The notes beneath the pieces were generated by a model. That model saw only the letters and a program-made list of their open reading frames with translations. It was not told the origin of the DNA and ran no database searches. The translations under genes and the position numbers were made by a program. Below, in pieces: positions 36,273 to 45,190 of a stretch of DNA of 64,000 nucleotides. Source of the stretch: Candidatus Moraniibacteriota bacterium (lineage in GTDB: Bacteria; Patescibacteriota; Minisyncoccia; Moranbacterales; DUUL01); contig JALVDV010000010.1 of the NCBI GenBank assembly GCA_027008775.1, positions 32,529 through 96,528 of the forward strand, in the 5' to 3' direction. Within the stretch, counting starts at the first letter, position 1; every line of letters begins with the position of its first letter.

Positions 36273-37419
36273 AAAAGAGCAAAGAAGAATTGAAGAAATT
36301 GTTTGGCAGGAATTATTTTCATTTTTGAAAAACGGCGAGTATTTACGAGAAGAATTTTTAAACAATGAAAAATTTTTGCGCCGAAAAATTAAAATCGTTC
36401 TAAAAAGAAAGGAATTTGTTTTTCCGAAAAATCTTGAGAAACAAATTATTGAGAACGTTATTAATCGAATAAAGGGGTTGGGTCCTTTGGAAAATTTATT
36501 GCGAGACGAAACAGTAACGGAAATTATGGTGAACGGCCACCGCAATATTTTTGTGGAAAGAAATGGTTTGTTGGAGAAAGTTGATTGCTCTTTTTCCTCG
36601 GAGGAAGATTTGTTAAACGTTATCAATCGGATAGTCAGCAAGGTGGGACGGCGAGTAGATGAAAGCAGTCCAATGGTTGATGCTCGTCTGGAAGATGGCT
36701 CCAGAGTCAACGCCATTATTCCGCCACTCAGTTTAAAAGGCGCGACTTTAACCATCCGAAAATTTAATCGGCGTTCTTTTGATTTGAAACGCTTGGTTGA
36801 GTTGGGCTCCCTGTCGGCAGAAATGAAGTTGTTTTTGGAAAAGAGCGTGAGAGAAAAGAAAAATTTACTAATTGCCGGCGGAACCGGCAGTGGAAAAACA
36901 TCTCTGCTGAACGCTTTAGCAAAGGTGGTGAGTCAAAGAGAGAGAATTATTACCATTGAAGACTCGGCCGAATTACAGTTGGATCACCCCAACTTGGTTT
37001 CCCTGGAAAGCCGACCGAGAAACACCGAGGGAAAAGGCGAAGTGACTATTAGAGATTTGTTAAAGAACTCTCTGCGTATGCGTCCGGACAGAATTATTGT
37101 CGGCGAAGTCAGGGGCGGTGAGGCTTTGGATATGTTGCAAGCGATGAATACCGGCCACCAGGGATCCTTAACCACTATTCACGCCAACAGTCCTTTGGAG
37201 TCACTGCTAAGATTGGAAACAATGGTTCTGATGGCCGATTTGGAATTACCTTTGACAGTGGTACGCCGACAAATTCTGGAAGCGATGGATATTATTGTTC
37301 AATTGAGACGAGAGGCTAATGGCCAGAGAAAGATAGTTGCTGTCAGTCAATTGCAGAAGAGCGCAAACGGGTTAGCCGAAGAACCGCAATATATTTTGCA
37401 AAACATTTTTGAAAATTAA
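36265..37419 (+). CDS. cpaF: Tad/Flp pilus assembly ATPase CpaF/TadA (type II/IV secretion ATPase family)
   Basis: Walker A GGTGSGKTS, ITIEDSAEL, His box GHQGSLTTIHAN. Confidence 0.88.
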   Translation: MLKKEQRRIEEIVWQELFSFLKNGEYLREEFLNNEKFLRRKIKIVLKRKEFVFPKNLEKQIIENVINRIKGLGPLENLLRDETVTEIMVNGHRNIFVERNGLLEKVDCSFSSEEDLLNVINRIVSKVGRRVDESSPMVDARLEDGSRVNAIIPPLSLKGATLTIRKFNRRSFDLKRLVELGSLSAEMKLFLEKSVREKKNLLIAGGTGSGKTSLLNALAKVVSQRERIITIEDSAELQLDHPNLVSLESRPRNTEGKGEVTIRDLLKNSLRMRPDRIIVGEVRGGEALDMLQAMNTGHQGSLTTIHANSPLESLLRLETMVLMADLELPLTVVRRQILEAMDIIVQLRREANGQRKIVAVSQLQKSANGLAEEPQYILQNIFEN

Positions 37420-37437
37420 TTTTTTAAATAACGAGAA

Positions 37438-38379
37438 ATGATTGCTGAAGCAACATTTTGGTTAAAAAATTTTTTAACGAAACATGTGGTCGTAGAAACG
37501 ATTGTTGCCTGGGGTTTTTTCTCTTTTTTCTTAACTTATTATTGCTTGGGGTTTTTGCTCAACTTAAAAGCTAAAAAAGAATTTGGACGGGAACAAAAAA
37601 GTTTTCAATTGAGTCCAAAGAAGGAACCGAAAAATTTTTTAGGTAAAAAATTATACCGCTTCTACAAACGAGGAGATTTTAAACTGCCCTTTTCCTCGTT
37701 TGTTCTTTTTATTTTTTTGTTGTTGGTTGTTTTACCTTTGCTTTTTGTTAAACTCTTTTCCCCCGTCTTGGCTTTTTTGTTTGTCGCCATCTCCTACTTG
37801 ATATTTGTGACAATGGTGAAAATGAGAGAACGAAAAAAACAAAATCGGCTGACAGAACAACTGCCTTTTATGTTGGATACTCTTTCCGGCTTTGTCCAAG
37901 CCGGTTATTCATTACCGCAAGCCATTCAAGCCACCGAAAGAGAATTGGAACAGCCACTACAAACCTACTGGCGAAAAGTTGTTAAACGAATGAATTACAA
38001 CTGGCCCCTGGACAAGGCCCTGGAAGATGTTCAAAAAGATTTGACCGATAGAGAACTGAGGCTAATTTTTAACGTTTTGGCTATTCAAAATAGAACTGGC
38101 GGTGATTTGGCTCACATGCTGCAAAGGATCTCCCTTTTCGCCCGACAAAAAAACAAATTGCAACGAGATATTAAAATTTTTACCTCGCAGGGGCGAATGT
38201 CCGGTTTGATTATTGTTTTGCTTTGGCCGATTTCCGCTATCCTTTTTTACTTAATCAATCCCGACTACGTGCGAATATTGTTTGTTACTTCCGTGGGTAA
38301 GTCCTTACTTTTACTTTCCTTCGCTTTGGAGGTAATCGGTTTTTATTTAATTTGGAAAATTATCAGAATTAAGATTTAA
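37438..38379 (+). CDS. tadB: Tad pilus inner-membrane platform protein TadB (T2SS-F domain)
   Basis: LPFMLDTLSGFVQAGYSLPQAIQ and T2SSF-type topology. Confidence 0.75.
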   Translation: MIAEATFWLKNFLTKHVVVETIVAWGFFSFFLTYYCLGFLLNLKAKKEFGREQKSFQLSPKKEPKNFLGKKLYRFYKRGDFKLPFSSFVLFIFLLLVVLPLLFVKLFSPVLAFLFVAISYLIFVTMVKMRERKKQNRLTEQLPFMLDTLSGFVQAGYSLPQAIQATERELEQPLQTYWRKVVKRMNYNWPLDKALEDVQKDLTDRELRLIFNVLAIQNRTGGDLAHMLQRISLFARQKNKLQRDIKIFTSQGRMSGLIIVLLWPISAILFYLINPDYVRILFVTSVGKSLLLLSFALEVIGFYLIWKIIRIKI

Positions 38380-38388
38380 AATTAAACA

Positions 38389-39300
38389 ATGTTATCTTCT
38401 CTTTTTTTCGGAACAAATTATCCTTGGCTCACCATCCTCCTGTCATTAACCCTTTTGGCTGGGGTGACTTTCGCGCTTTTTCAAACCCTGCTCTATTATT
38501 TAACTCGCCATGATTTCCTTTTGTCCTGGCCCCAAAAAACGGTTCCGCCTTCTGCTAGAAGAGAACCGTGGTTAAAGAAATTGGCCAAAAATTTTCAAGC
38601 CGAGCGCGATCTGCTTTGGCCATTGCTTTGGCCGAAAGATGTTTTGAATTCTTTGTTGACCAGAGCCGGACAACCACAGAAACTGGCTGCCAAAGATATT
38701 TACGCATTGCAAAGACTATTGTTAATTTTGGTTATACCGGTGCTGGTGTTAATCCGATTGTTGTTTTCGCAAACAACTTTTTGGTTGATATGTTTGCCGA
38801 TTATCTTTATTCTCGCCTATTGGCCTATCTTTATTTTAAAGTTGCTGACAAAGAAACGTCGTCGGGATTTTCAATACAGCTTTAATTATTTTATAGATAC
38901 TGTTTATTTGCTGGTTAATGCCGGAATGAATTTTGAAAAGGCTCTATTCCTTTCCGCAAAGAAATTTCCCGGCGCTCTACAAGAAGAATTTTTAATAACG
39001 GAACAGGAATTTATTTACGGCTCTCCCTTGGACTTGGCCCTGGACAATCTCGGTCAACGAATGGATTTACCGGAAGTGAAAAAATTTATAACTGCTATTA
39101 AACAGTCAGCCAAGCTAGGTATTCCTTTGGAACGAGTCTTGGCTCTGCAAGCGGAAATAATTATGACCAATCGGTTGCAACGAGCGGAAGAGCTAAGCCG
39201 AACGGCCGCCATCAAAATTTCTTTTCCTTTGGTATTTTTTATTTTTCCGGCTTTGCTTATTCTTTATTTAGCGCCAGCTATTTTGCAATTTTTGCGATAA
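38389..39300 (+). CDS. tadC: Tad pilus inner-membrane platform protein TadC (T2SS-F domain)
   Basis: DLALDNLGQRMDLPEVKKFITAIKQSAKLGIPLERVLALQAE...QRAEELSRTAAIKISFPLVFFIFPALLILYLAPAI. Confidence 0.75.
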   Translation: MLSSLFFGTNYPWLTILLSLTLLAGVTFALFQTLLYYLTRHDFLLSWPQKTVPPSARREPWLKKLAKNFQAERDLLWPLLWPKDVLNSLLTRAGQPQKLAAKDIYALQRLLLILVIPVLVLIRLLFSQTTFWLICLPIIFILAYWPIFILKLLTKKRRRDFQYSFNYFIDTVYLLVNAGMNFEKALFLSAKKFPGALQEEFLITEQEFIYGSPLDLALDNLGQRMDLPEVKKFITAIKQSAKLGIPLERVLALQAEIIMTNRLQRAEELSRTAAIKISFPLVFFIFPALLILYLAPAILQFLR

Positions 39301-39342
39301 TTTGTTAAACTCTCTTAGAGATAACAAATAACATAAACACAA

Positions 39343-39912
39343 ATGGAAAAAACATTAAAAAATTTGGCTCTGGCCTTTTTGGGCGAGTCGCAAGCTAGAA
39401 ATCGTTATACTTTCTATGCTAAAATTGCCAAGAAAGAAGGTTATGAAAAAATTGCCGCTCTTTTTTCTTTGACAGCCGAACAAGAAAAAGAACATGCCAC
39501 TTGGCTGTTCCGAATGATTCAAGATTTGAAACAGTCCGAAAAAGTGGAGATAGAGGATAAACTTGAGGTGCCTGTAACAATGGGCAACACCAAAGAAAAT
39601 TTGCAAGCGGCTATTGATGGCGAAAACTACGAACACACCTCCATGTATCCGGAGTTCGCCCGAATAGCGGATGAGGAGGGTTTACCAGAAGTAGCTAAAA
39701 GGTTACGGGCAATTGCCGTGGCAGAGAGCAACCATGAGGAGCGTTACCAAAAGTTCTTACGGGAGTTGGAAGATGACACCATTTTTGAGGGCGATGAAGA
39801 AACGGAATGGGTTTGCCGAGAGTGTGGTTACGTCCATAAAGGAAAAACTCCGCCGGAAAAATGTCCTTCCTGTGATCATCCGAAATCGTACTATGAGAGA
39901 AAAGAATGCTAA
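39343..39912 (+). CDS. rbr: rubrerythrin
   Basis: Ferritin-like di-iron ExxH motifs and a C-terminal rubredoxin-like CRECG...CPSC. Confidence 0.88.
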   Translation: MEKTLKNLALAFLGESQARNRYTFYAKIAKKEGYEKIAALFSLTAEQEKEHATWLFRMIQDLKQSEKVEIEDKLEVPVTMGNTKENLQAAIDGENYEHTSMYPEFARIADEEGLPEVAKRLRAIAVAESNHEERYQKFLRELEDDTIFEGDEETEWVCRECGYVHKGKTPPEKCPSCDHPKSYYERKEC

Positions 39913-39942
39913 TTGATAACAATTTTTGATTTTCAAAACAAA

Positions 39943-40335
39943 ATGATAAAAGAAAAAAATCAGGTTTTTAAGTGCCGAATTTGTGGAAATATCGTGGAAG
40001 CTCTACACACCGGCCAAGGTGATTTGGTTTGTTGCGGTGAAGTTATGGAGGAAATAAAAGAAAATACTCAAGAAGGAGTGGCCCAAGAAAAGCATATTCC
40101 GGTGGTGAAAACAGATGGTGATGTGGCAATAATTAAAATTGGCGCCGAGCCTCATCCAATGACCGAGGAACATTATATTGAATGGGTGGAAATTATCGCT
40201 GAAGAAAAGGTGCACCGACATTGGTTAAAACCAGGGATGGAGCCGAAAGTTGCTCTAGTTTGCAAAGTGGACAAATTTGTCGTGCGCGCTTATTGCAATT
40301 TACACGGACTTTGGAGTACTACCGTGGAGAAGTAA
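39943..40335 (+). CDS. dfx: desulfoferrodoxin (2Fe superoxide reductase); ATG at 39943 preferred over the track start at 39913
   Basis: N-terminal desulforedoxin motif CRICGN...CCG; C-terminal neelaredoxin domain (HIPVV..., EEHYIEWVE, HRHW, CNLHGLW). Confidence 0.85.
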   Translation: MIKEKNQVFKCRICGNIVEALHTGQGDLVCCGEVMEEIKENTQEGVAQEKHIPVVKTDGDVAIIKIGAEPHPMTEEHYIEWVEIIAEEKVHRHWLKPGMEPKVALVCKVDKFVVRAYCNLHGLWSTTVEK

Positions 40336-40364
40336 GTGGAGCTGGAAAAATTTTTTAACTCCCA

Positions 40365-40401
40365 CACTTAAAATCACCCCCCGCTGGGGTGATTTTAAGT
40401 G
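40365..40401. terminator. perfect 16-bp stem-loop; bidirectional terminator between the convergent dfx and 40477 genes
   Basis: CACTTAAAATCACCCC-ccgct-GGGGTGATTTTAAGTG with an A-tract before and a T-rich run after. Confidence 0.7.
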
Positions 40402-40476
40402 GCTTTGTTTTATATTCCCGACCAGAAATCTTACTTCACTTTGTTTGATTTGTTGGGATCGGCTTCAGTAATTATT

Positions 40477-41445
40477 CTATTTTTTTAATCCCGTCAGAAG
40501 TTCTTTTGCTTTCAAGTTACGCAACTCTTTCCTGATTTTTTCTCTTTCACTTAAATCCTGACTGAGAAAAAATCGCATACTCTTTTCTCTGACCTGACAT
40601 CTTTTTTCCAACGATTTTGGCTGGTTGACGTAATCCTCTTCACAATGTTTTTTGCTCTCCAGTCCTTGCAATATTTTCTCGGAATCCGGTCCGTAGTGCT
40701 TTTCTATTTCTTGCAAGTAAGATAAATCTCTGGCCAGATATCTTTCAGCAAGTCGTTTAAGGCCGTCATTTTTGTAAACATTGTTAAAAATGGTACTGGC
40801 CAAAAGCAACTCTTCGCCATAAGGACTTTGTTGGGCAAACTTTGTCAGATTAAGTTTCTTGTCGGTTGAAACAACTAAGTAAAGCAAGAGTTCATTGACT
40901 CCTTCGTTGAAGGCATCATTTAGAATTTTTCTTTCAACAAACTCCAAACCATTTTCACCCTTTTTAAATAAAATGGATGTCAAAGAAAAACCACTTTTAA
41001 TTCTTTCCCGAAAAAAACCATCACCCTCGTTTTGTTCAATATGAAAATCGGAGGTAGCCAAGGTGTGTAACATTTCCCGAATGAGCAGATTTATCAATTC
41101 TTCCTTGTTTTCCAAGTACCGCTCGGAGAGGTAAATAACATTCCGTAGGCGAGAAAAGTCTTGACCGGCAAGAGCGTCCGGAGCAACCACTTTAGCCTTT
41201 AATTGTTTAATTTTGGTTTTATCAAATGGCAAGCCCTGTTTAACAAAGAAATTTTCAATCAGTTGTTCAGCTCGTTTAAACTCTCTTTTTGCTTCCAGTT
41301 GAAATTTTTCATTCTCTTTCTTGTTTATCTCTTCTTGCTTGCGTCTGTAATAATCACTGATAAGTCGAGAAGCTCTTTCAAGAGACTGAAACTCTTTATT
41401 TCTTGGTCGTAAAGGTTTAACACTGGAGTCAGCGCTATTCTTCAT
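40477..41445 (-). CDS. hypothetical protein of about 320 aa. The track ORF extends to 41598 but overlaps the ftsH 3-prime end, so an internal Met start near 41445 is more likely
   Basis: Long charged ORF with no recognisable motifs; very basic N-terminus in the extended version. Confidence 0.45.
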   Translation of the reverse strand: MKNSADSSVKPLRPRNKEFQSLERASRLISDYYRRKQEEINKKENEKFQLEAKREFKRAEQLIENFFVKQGLPFDKTKIKQLKAKVVAPDALAGQDFSRLRNVIYLSERYLENKEELINLLIREMLHTLATSDFHIEQNEGDGFFRERIKSGFSLTSILFKKGENGLEFVERKILNDAFNEGVNELLLYLVVSTDKKLNLTKFAQQSPYGEELLLASTIFNNVYKNDGLKRLAERYLARDLSYLQEIEKHYGPDSEKILQGLESKKHCEEDYVNQPKSLEKRCQVREKSMRFFLSQDLSEREKIRKELRNLKAKELLTGLKK

Positions 41446-43393
41446 TTTTTTGTTTGGAATTTGTTTGATTGTCAGAATCTCCCTTTGGATCGTCCTTTGC
41501 CGTTTCTTCTTCACTTGTCTTCTCTCCCTTTGTTTCTTCTTCGGTTGTTTTTTCTTCCTTGTGAATGCCGACAATTTCCTCAAATCTTTCCTTTTCAATA
41601 GTTTCCTTTTTCAGCAATTCGCGAGCAATTTTTTCCAAAGTATCGGCTTTTTCCGTCAGAATTTTTTCAGCCAAATGATAGGCTTTTTTAATAAACTCGG
41701 CCACCGCTTCATCAATTTTTTTAGCCACCTCTTCGGAATAAGTTCTCTGTTCATGTAGGTCTCTGCCCAGAAAAACCTCGTTTTGATCTTTGCCAAAAGT
41801 CATTGGTCCCAGTTTGCTCATACCGTAGCGAGTAACCAATTTGCGAGCGGTCAAAGTCGCTCTTTCCAAATCGTTGGAGGCGCCGGTGGTAACCTCTCCA
41901 AAGATCTTCTTTTCGGCGACATAGCCGGCCAAAAGTACAGCCATCTCTTCAATGTAATAAGATTTGAAGTGCAAGGACTCGTCTTTTTCGGGAACATTGA
42001 GTGTGTAGCCGGCCGCTCGTCCGCGGGAAACAATAGAAACTTTGTGAACAGGGTCGGCCTTGGGTAGAACTGTTGCCACCAAGGCGTGACCGGCCTCGTG
42101 GTAAGCGGTTATTTTTTTCTCCTGAGGAGAAAGAATATGGCTTTTTCTCTCCGCTCCCAATAAAACTCTCTCTATTGATTCTCGGATTTCATCCATACCA
42201 ATACTTTTCTTGTTTCGTCGGGCGGCTAAAATAGCGGCTTCGTTAATCAAGTTGGCCAAATCGGCTCCGGAAAAACCGGGGGTTCTTTCGGCGATTTGTC
42301 GTAAATTAACATTAGGCTCCAAGGGTTTGTTTTGGGCGTGGATTTTGAGGATAGCCTCTCTTTCTTTGATGTCAGGATTATCAATAGTTACTCGCCGGTC
42401 AAAGCGTCCGGGACGGAGCAGGGCCGGATCAAGAACGTCGGGACGATTGGTGGCGGCGATAACAATAACATTGTCTTTGGTGTCAAACCCATCCATTTCA
42501 ACCAAGATTTGATTGAGAGTTTGTTCTCGTTCGTCGTGTCCTCCGCCCAAACCGGCACCTCTTTGTCGTCCGACAGCGTCTATTTCGTCAATGAAAACAA
42601 TGGAGGGCGCATGTTTCTTGGCCTGTTTAAACAAATCTCTCACTCGGGAAGCGCCTACACCGACAAACATTTCCACAAACTCTGAACCGGAAATGGTGAA
42701 AAACGGCACATTGGCTTCGCCGGCCACAGCTTTGGCCATTAAAGTTTTACCGGTACCGGGAGACCCAAGTAAAAGCACTCCTTTGGGAATTTTGGCTCCC
42801 AGAGAAAGAAATTTCTTGGGAGTTTTTAGAAACTCCACAATTTCTTGCAATTCTTCTTTGGCTTCTTGGGCGCCACCAACATCTTTGAAAGTAATGCGAC
42901 GCTTTCCATCTTTGGTGGGAATCAACATTCTGGCGCGACTACTACCAAACATCATTGCTTGACTGTTTCCCTGCTGGGCTTTTTTCATCAAAAACCAGAC
43001 AAAAAATCCTATCAGAAGGAACGGGAATAAAACAGAAAGCAATCCGCTTGTCCAAAAATCGGAAGTGGTGGTATCAACCACGTTTATTTGCACTTCCTTG
43101 AGTTTGTCTTTGTTGACGCCAACGTTGTTAAGTGATTCGGAAAGAGAGGTTTCTATTTCTTTGCGAGAAATTTGTTTTTTGCCGTTTTTTAACTCTATCT
43201 TGACCTTATTTCTTTCAACTTTGACTGATTTCACTTCGCCCCGATTTATCTCTTGAGCCAACTGAGAAAGACCGATTTTTTCCGGTCTTTTAACATCTGT
43301 TTGATATAGAGAAACTATGCTGGCAATCAGCAAAACCCCCAGAACAACGGAAATAATATTTTTGAAACTAAATCTGATATTTCTAAAATTCAT
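41435..43393 (-). CDS. ftsH: ATP-dependent zinc metalloprotease FtsH
   Basis: N-terminal TM helices, AAA module ([13 protein letters not shown], Walker [10 protein letters not shown]), SRH, zinc motif HEAGHA. Confidence 0.95.
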   Translation of the reverse strand: MNFRNIRFSFKNIISVVLGVLLIASIVSLYQTDVKRPEKIGLSQLAQEINRGEVKSVKVERNKVKIELKNGKKQISRKEIETSLSESLNNVGVNKDKLKEVQINVVDTTTSDFWTSGLLSVLFPFLLIGFFVWFLMKKAQQGNSQAMMFGSSRARMLIPTKDGKRRITFKDVGGAQEAKEELQEIVEFLKTPKKFLSLGAKIPKGVLLLGSPGTGKTLMAKAVAGEANVPFFTISGSEFVEMFVGVGASRVRDLFKQAKKHAPSIVFIDEIDAVGRQRGAGLGGGHDEREQTLNQILVEMDGFDTKDNVIVIAATNRPDVLDPALLRPGRFDRRVTIDNPDIKEREAILKIHAQNKPLEPNVNLRQIAERTPGFSGADLANLINEAAILAARRNKKSIGMDEIRESIERVLLGAERKSHILSPQEKKITAYHEAGHALVATVLPKADPVHKVSIVSRGRAAGYTLNVPEKDESLHFKSYYIEEMAVLLAGYVAEKKIFGEVTTGASNDLERATLTARKLVTRYGMSKLGPMTFGKDQNEVFLGRDLHEQRTYSEEVAKKIDEAVAEFIKKAYHLAEKILTEKADTLEKIARELLKKETIEKERFEEIVGIHKEEKTTEEETKGEKTSEEETAKDDPKGDSDNQTNSKQKNEE

Positions 43394-43440
43394 ATCTTTT
43401 AAATAATAATTTTCAACGCCCCTTTATACTGACATCTAGC

Positions 43441-44445
43441 CTAGGCTTTGTCAACCAGGCTAAAAATCGCTTGATTACCTTTTTTGACAATCTTGATTTG
43501 TTTAAAAAGCATTTCCGGATTTTTGCCCTTGCGACTGTTGACCAGCTTCTTAAACTCCCGGAAATGACCGTAATCAATATCTAACAAATCTCCACGCAAG
43601 CTGGTAATGATTTGGCGAAAAATTTCCGCTTGCAGACTTTTTGGCAAGGATAAGAATTTGTTCAGAGTGAGAATCGTCTTGTTTTTATCGGATGCATTAA
43701 CAACTGCGGGAAATTTTTCGGTAGCCAAACCCTCCAATAAACAATAACAGTCCGCCAATTGTTGGGAAGTTTGTCCGATTTTTTGGTTAAAATTCAAACT
43801 GTACTCTTTCTGCAATAGAGGAATCAGTTCATTTCTGATTTTGTTGCGAAACAAATCGTTATTTTGATTACTGGAATCCTCTCGCCATTTTTCACCCTGC
43901 TTGCGCAAAAAATTTTGCAATTCTTTTTTGGAAAAACGGAGCAGAGGGCGGATAATCTTTCTGGTTTCGTCTTTGAGTTTCATACCGGCCAATCCCTTGA
44001 GACCGGCGCCGCGAAACAGATTAAGAAGAAAGGTTTCAGCTTGGTCATCACGCTGGTGGCCAACGGCCAGCCAGTTAAATTTTTTGGCTTGCCTGATTTT
44101 TGCAAAGGCTTGGTAACGAAAATTTCTCAACTCTTTCTCCAGGTTGCCTCGCCTTGACTTTGAATTGACGGGCTGGTAATGAATAACTTCCAACGGCAGA
44201 GAATTTTTCCGAGCGAACTCCTTAACAAAAATTTCATCCTCTTCAGATTCCTGTCCGCGTAAGTGGTAATTTATATGAACCAGGTGTAGATTAAGCCGGT
44301 AAGATTTCTGCAAAGATAGAAGCAAGGTGGTCAGAGCGACAGAATCCGCTCCGCCGGAAATGCCAACAATAATCTTATCGGAAGGAACAATCAGTTTTTC
44401 TTGAAAAACCAGGTTTTTAAATTTTTTAATCAACTTGTTTGTCAT
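43441..44445 (-). CDS. tilS: tRNA(Ile)-lysidine synthetase. The track ORF extends to 44541 into gmk; a start at the internal Met near 44445 is likely
   Basis: PP-loop motif VGISGGADSVAL and TilS-like sequence throughout. Confidence 0.8.
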   Translation of the reverse strand: MTNKLIKKFKNLVFQEKLIVPSDKIIVGISGGADSVALTTLLLSLQKSYRLNLHLVHINYHLRGQESEEDEIFVKEFARKNSLPLEVIHYQPVNSKSRRGNLEKELRNFRYQAFAKIRQAKKFNWLAVGHQRDDQAETFLLNLFRGAGLKGLAGMKLKDETRKIIRPLLRFSKKELQNFLRKQGEKWREDSSNQNNDLFRNKIRNELIPLLQKEYSLNFNQKIGQTSQQLADCYCLLEGLATEKFPAVVNASDKNKTILTLNKFLSLPKSLQAEIFRQIITSLRGDLLDIDYGHFREFKKLVNSRKGKNPEMLFKQIKIVKKGNQAIFSLVDKA

Positions 44446-45022
44446 TGTTTTTTTGACCGGCCAAATGTTCTTTGATGATTTGAGCCACCCTTTGAACGGT
44501 CTCTGCCAGTTTGCCACGGCGATTAACAACTTGAAAGTCATAAATATCTTTGTGTTTCAGCCATTCTTTGGTGTAATTCATCCTTTCCCGAATATATTTT
44601 TCATCAGTTTCTCCTCTTTCCCTGATGCGACGTTCCAATTCTTCAAGACTCTCCGCCAAAAGAAGGATGGCGATTATTTCCGGAAATTTCTTCTTGGCTG
44701 TCATCACTCCTTTGTATTCCATTTTCCAGATACCGACGCCCGGCAGGTTGTTTACTCTTTCCAACTCTTCCCGGCTGACACCGTAGTAGTTGTTGTTGTA
44801 TTCTCGCGCCCATTCCACGAACTTGTTTTGACGAATACCACGTTGAAACTCATCCTTACTGATAAAATAGTAAGGTTGGCCTTGTTTTTCGCCGGGCCGC
44901 GGGGAACGAGTGGTGGTTGTAATCACTCGGTTTATCGGCATTTGTTGGCTGAGTTTTTCAATAACCGAATCTTCTCCCACACCGGACGGTCCGGAAATGA
45001 TAAAAATATTCTTTAACTTCAT
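44426..45022 (-). CDS. gmk: guanylate kinase homolog with a non-canonical P-loop (GPSGVGEDS instead of GPSGxGK[ST])
   Basis: Strong Gmk similarity (TTTRSPRPGEKQGQPYYF, NNYYGVS, VGIWKMEYKG). The Walker A Lys and the following Ser/Thr are replaced by Glu-Asp, which I confirmed at the DNA level. Confidence 0.8.
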   Translation of the reverse strand: MKLKNIFIISGPSGVGEDSVIEKLSQQMPINRVITTTTRSPRPGEKQGQPYYFISKDEFQRGIRQNKFVEWAREYNNNYYGVSREELERVNNLPGVGIWKMEYKGVMTAKKKFPEIIAILLLAESLEELERRIRERGETDEKYIRERMNYTKEWLKHKDIYDFQVVNRRGKLAETVQRVAQIIKEHLAGQKNNDKQVD

Positions 45023-45190
45023 TGAACTAAGGTGGGGACTTCCGAATATTGACAGCTAAAATTGTTAAGCGAAAAACATTCGGATGTCTAATTTATTAAT
45101 CAATAAATTATTTTTACTTTATAGTTCTTTGAAGAAAACGGGCTTACCACAAAGAACCAGATTTGTATTTATTTTTAAAGAGTGAAAACT

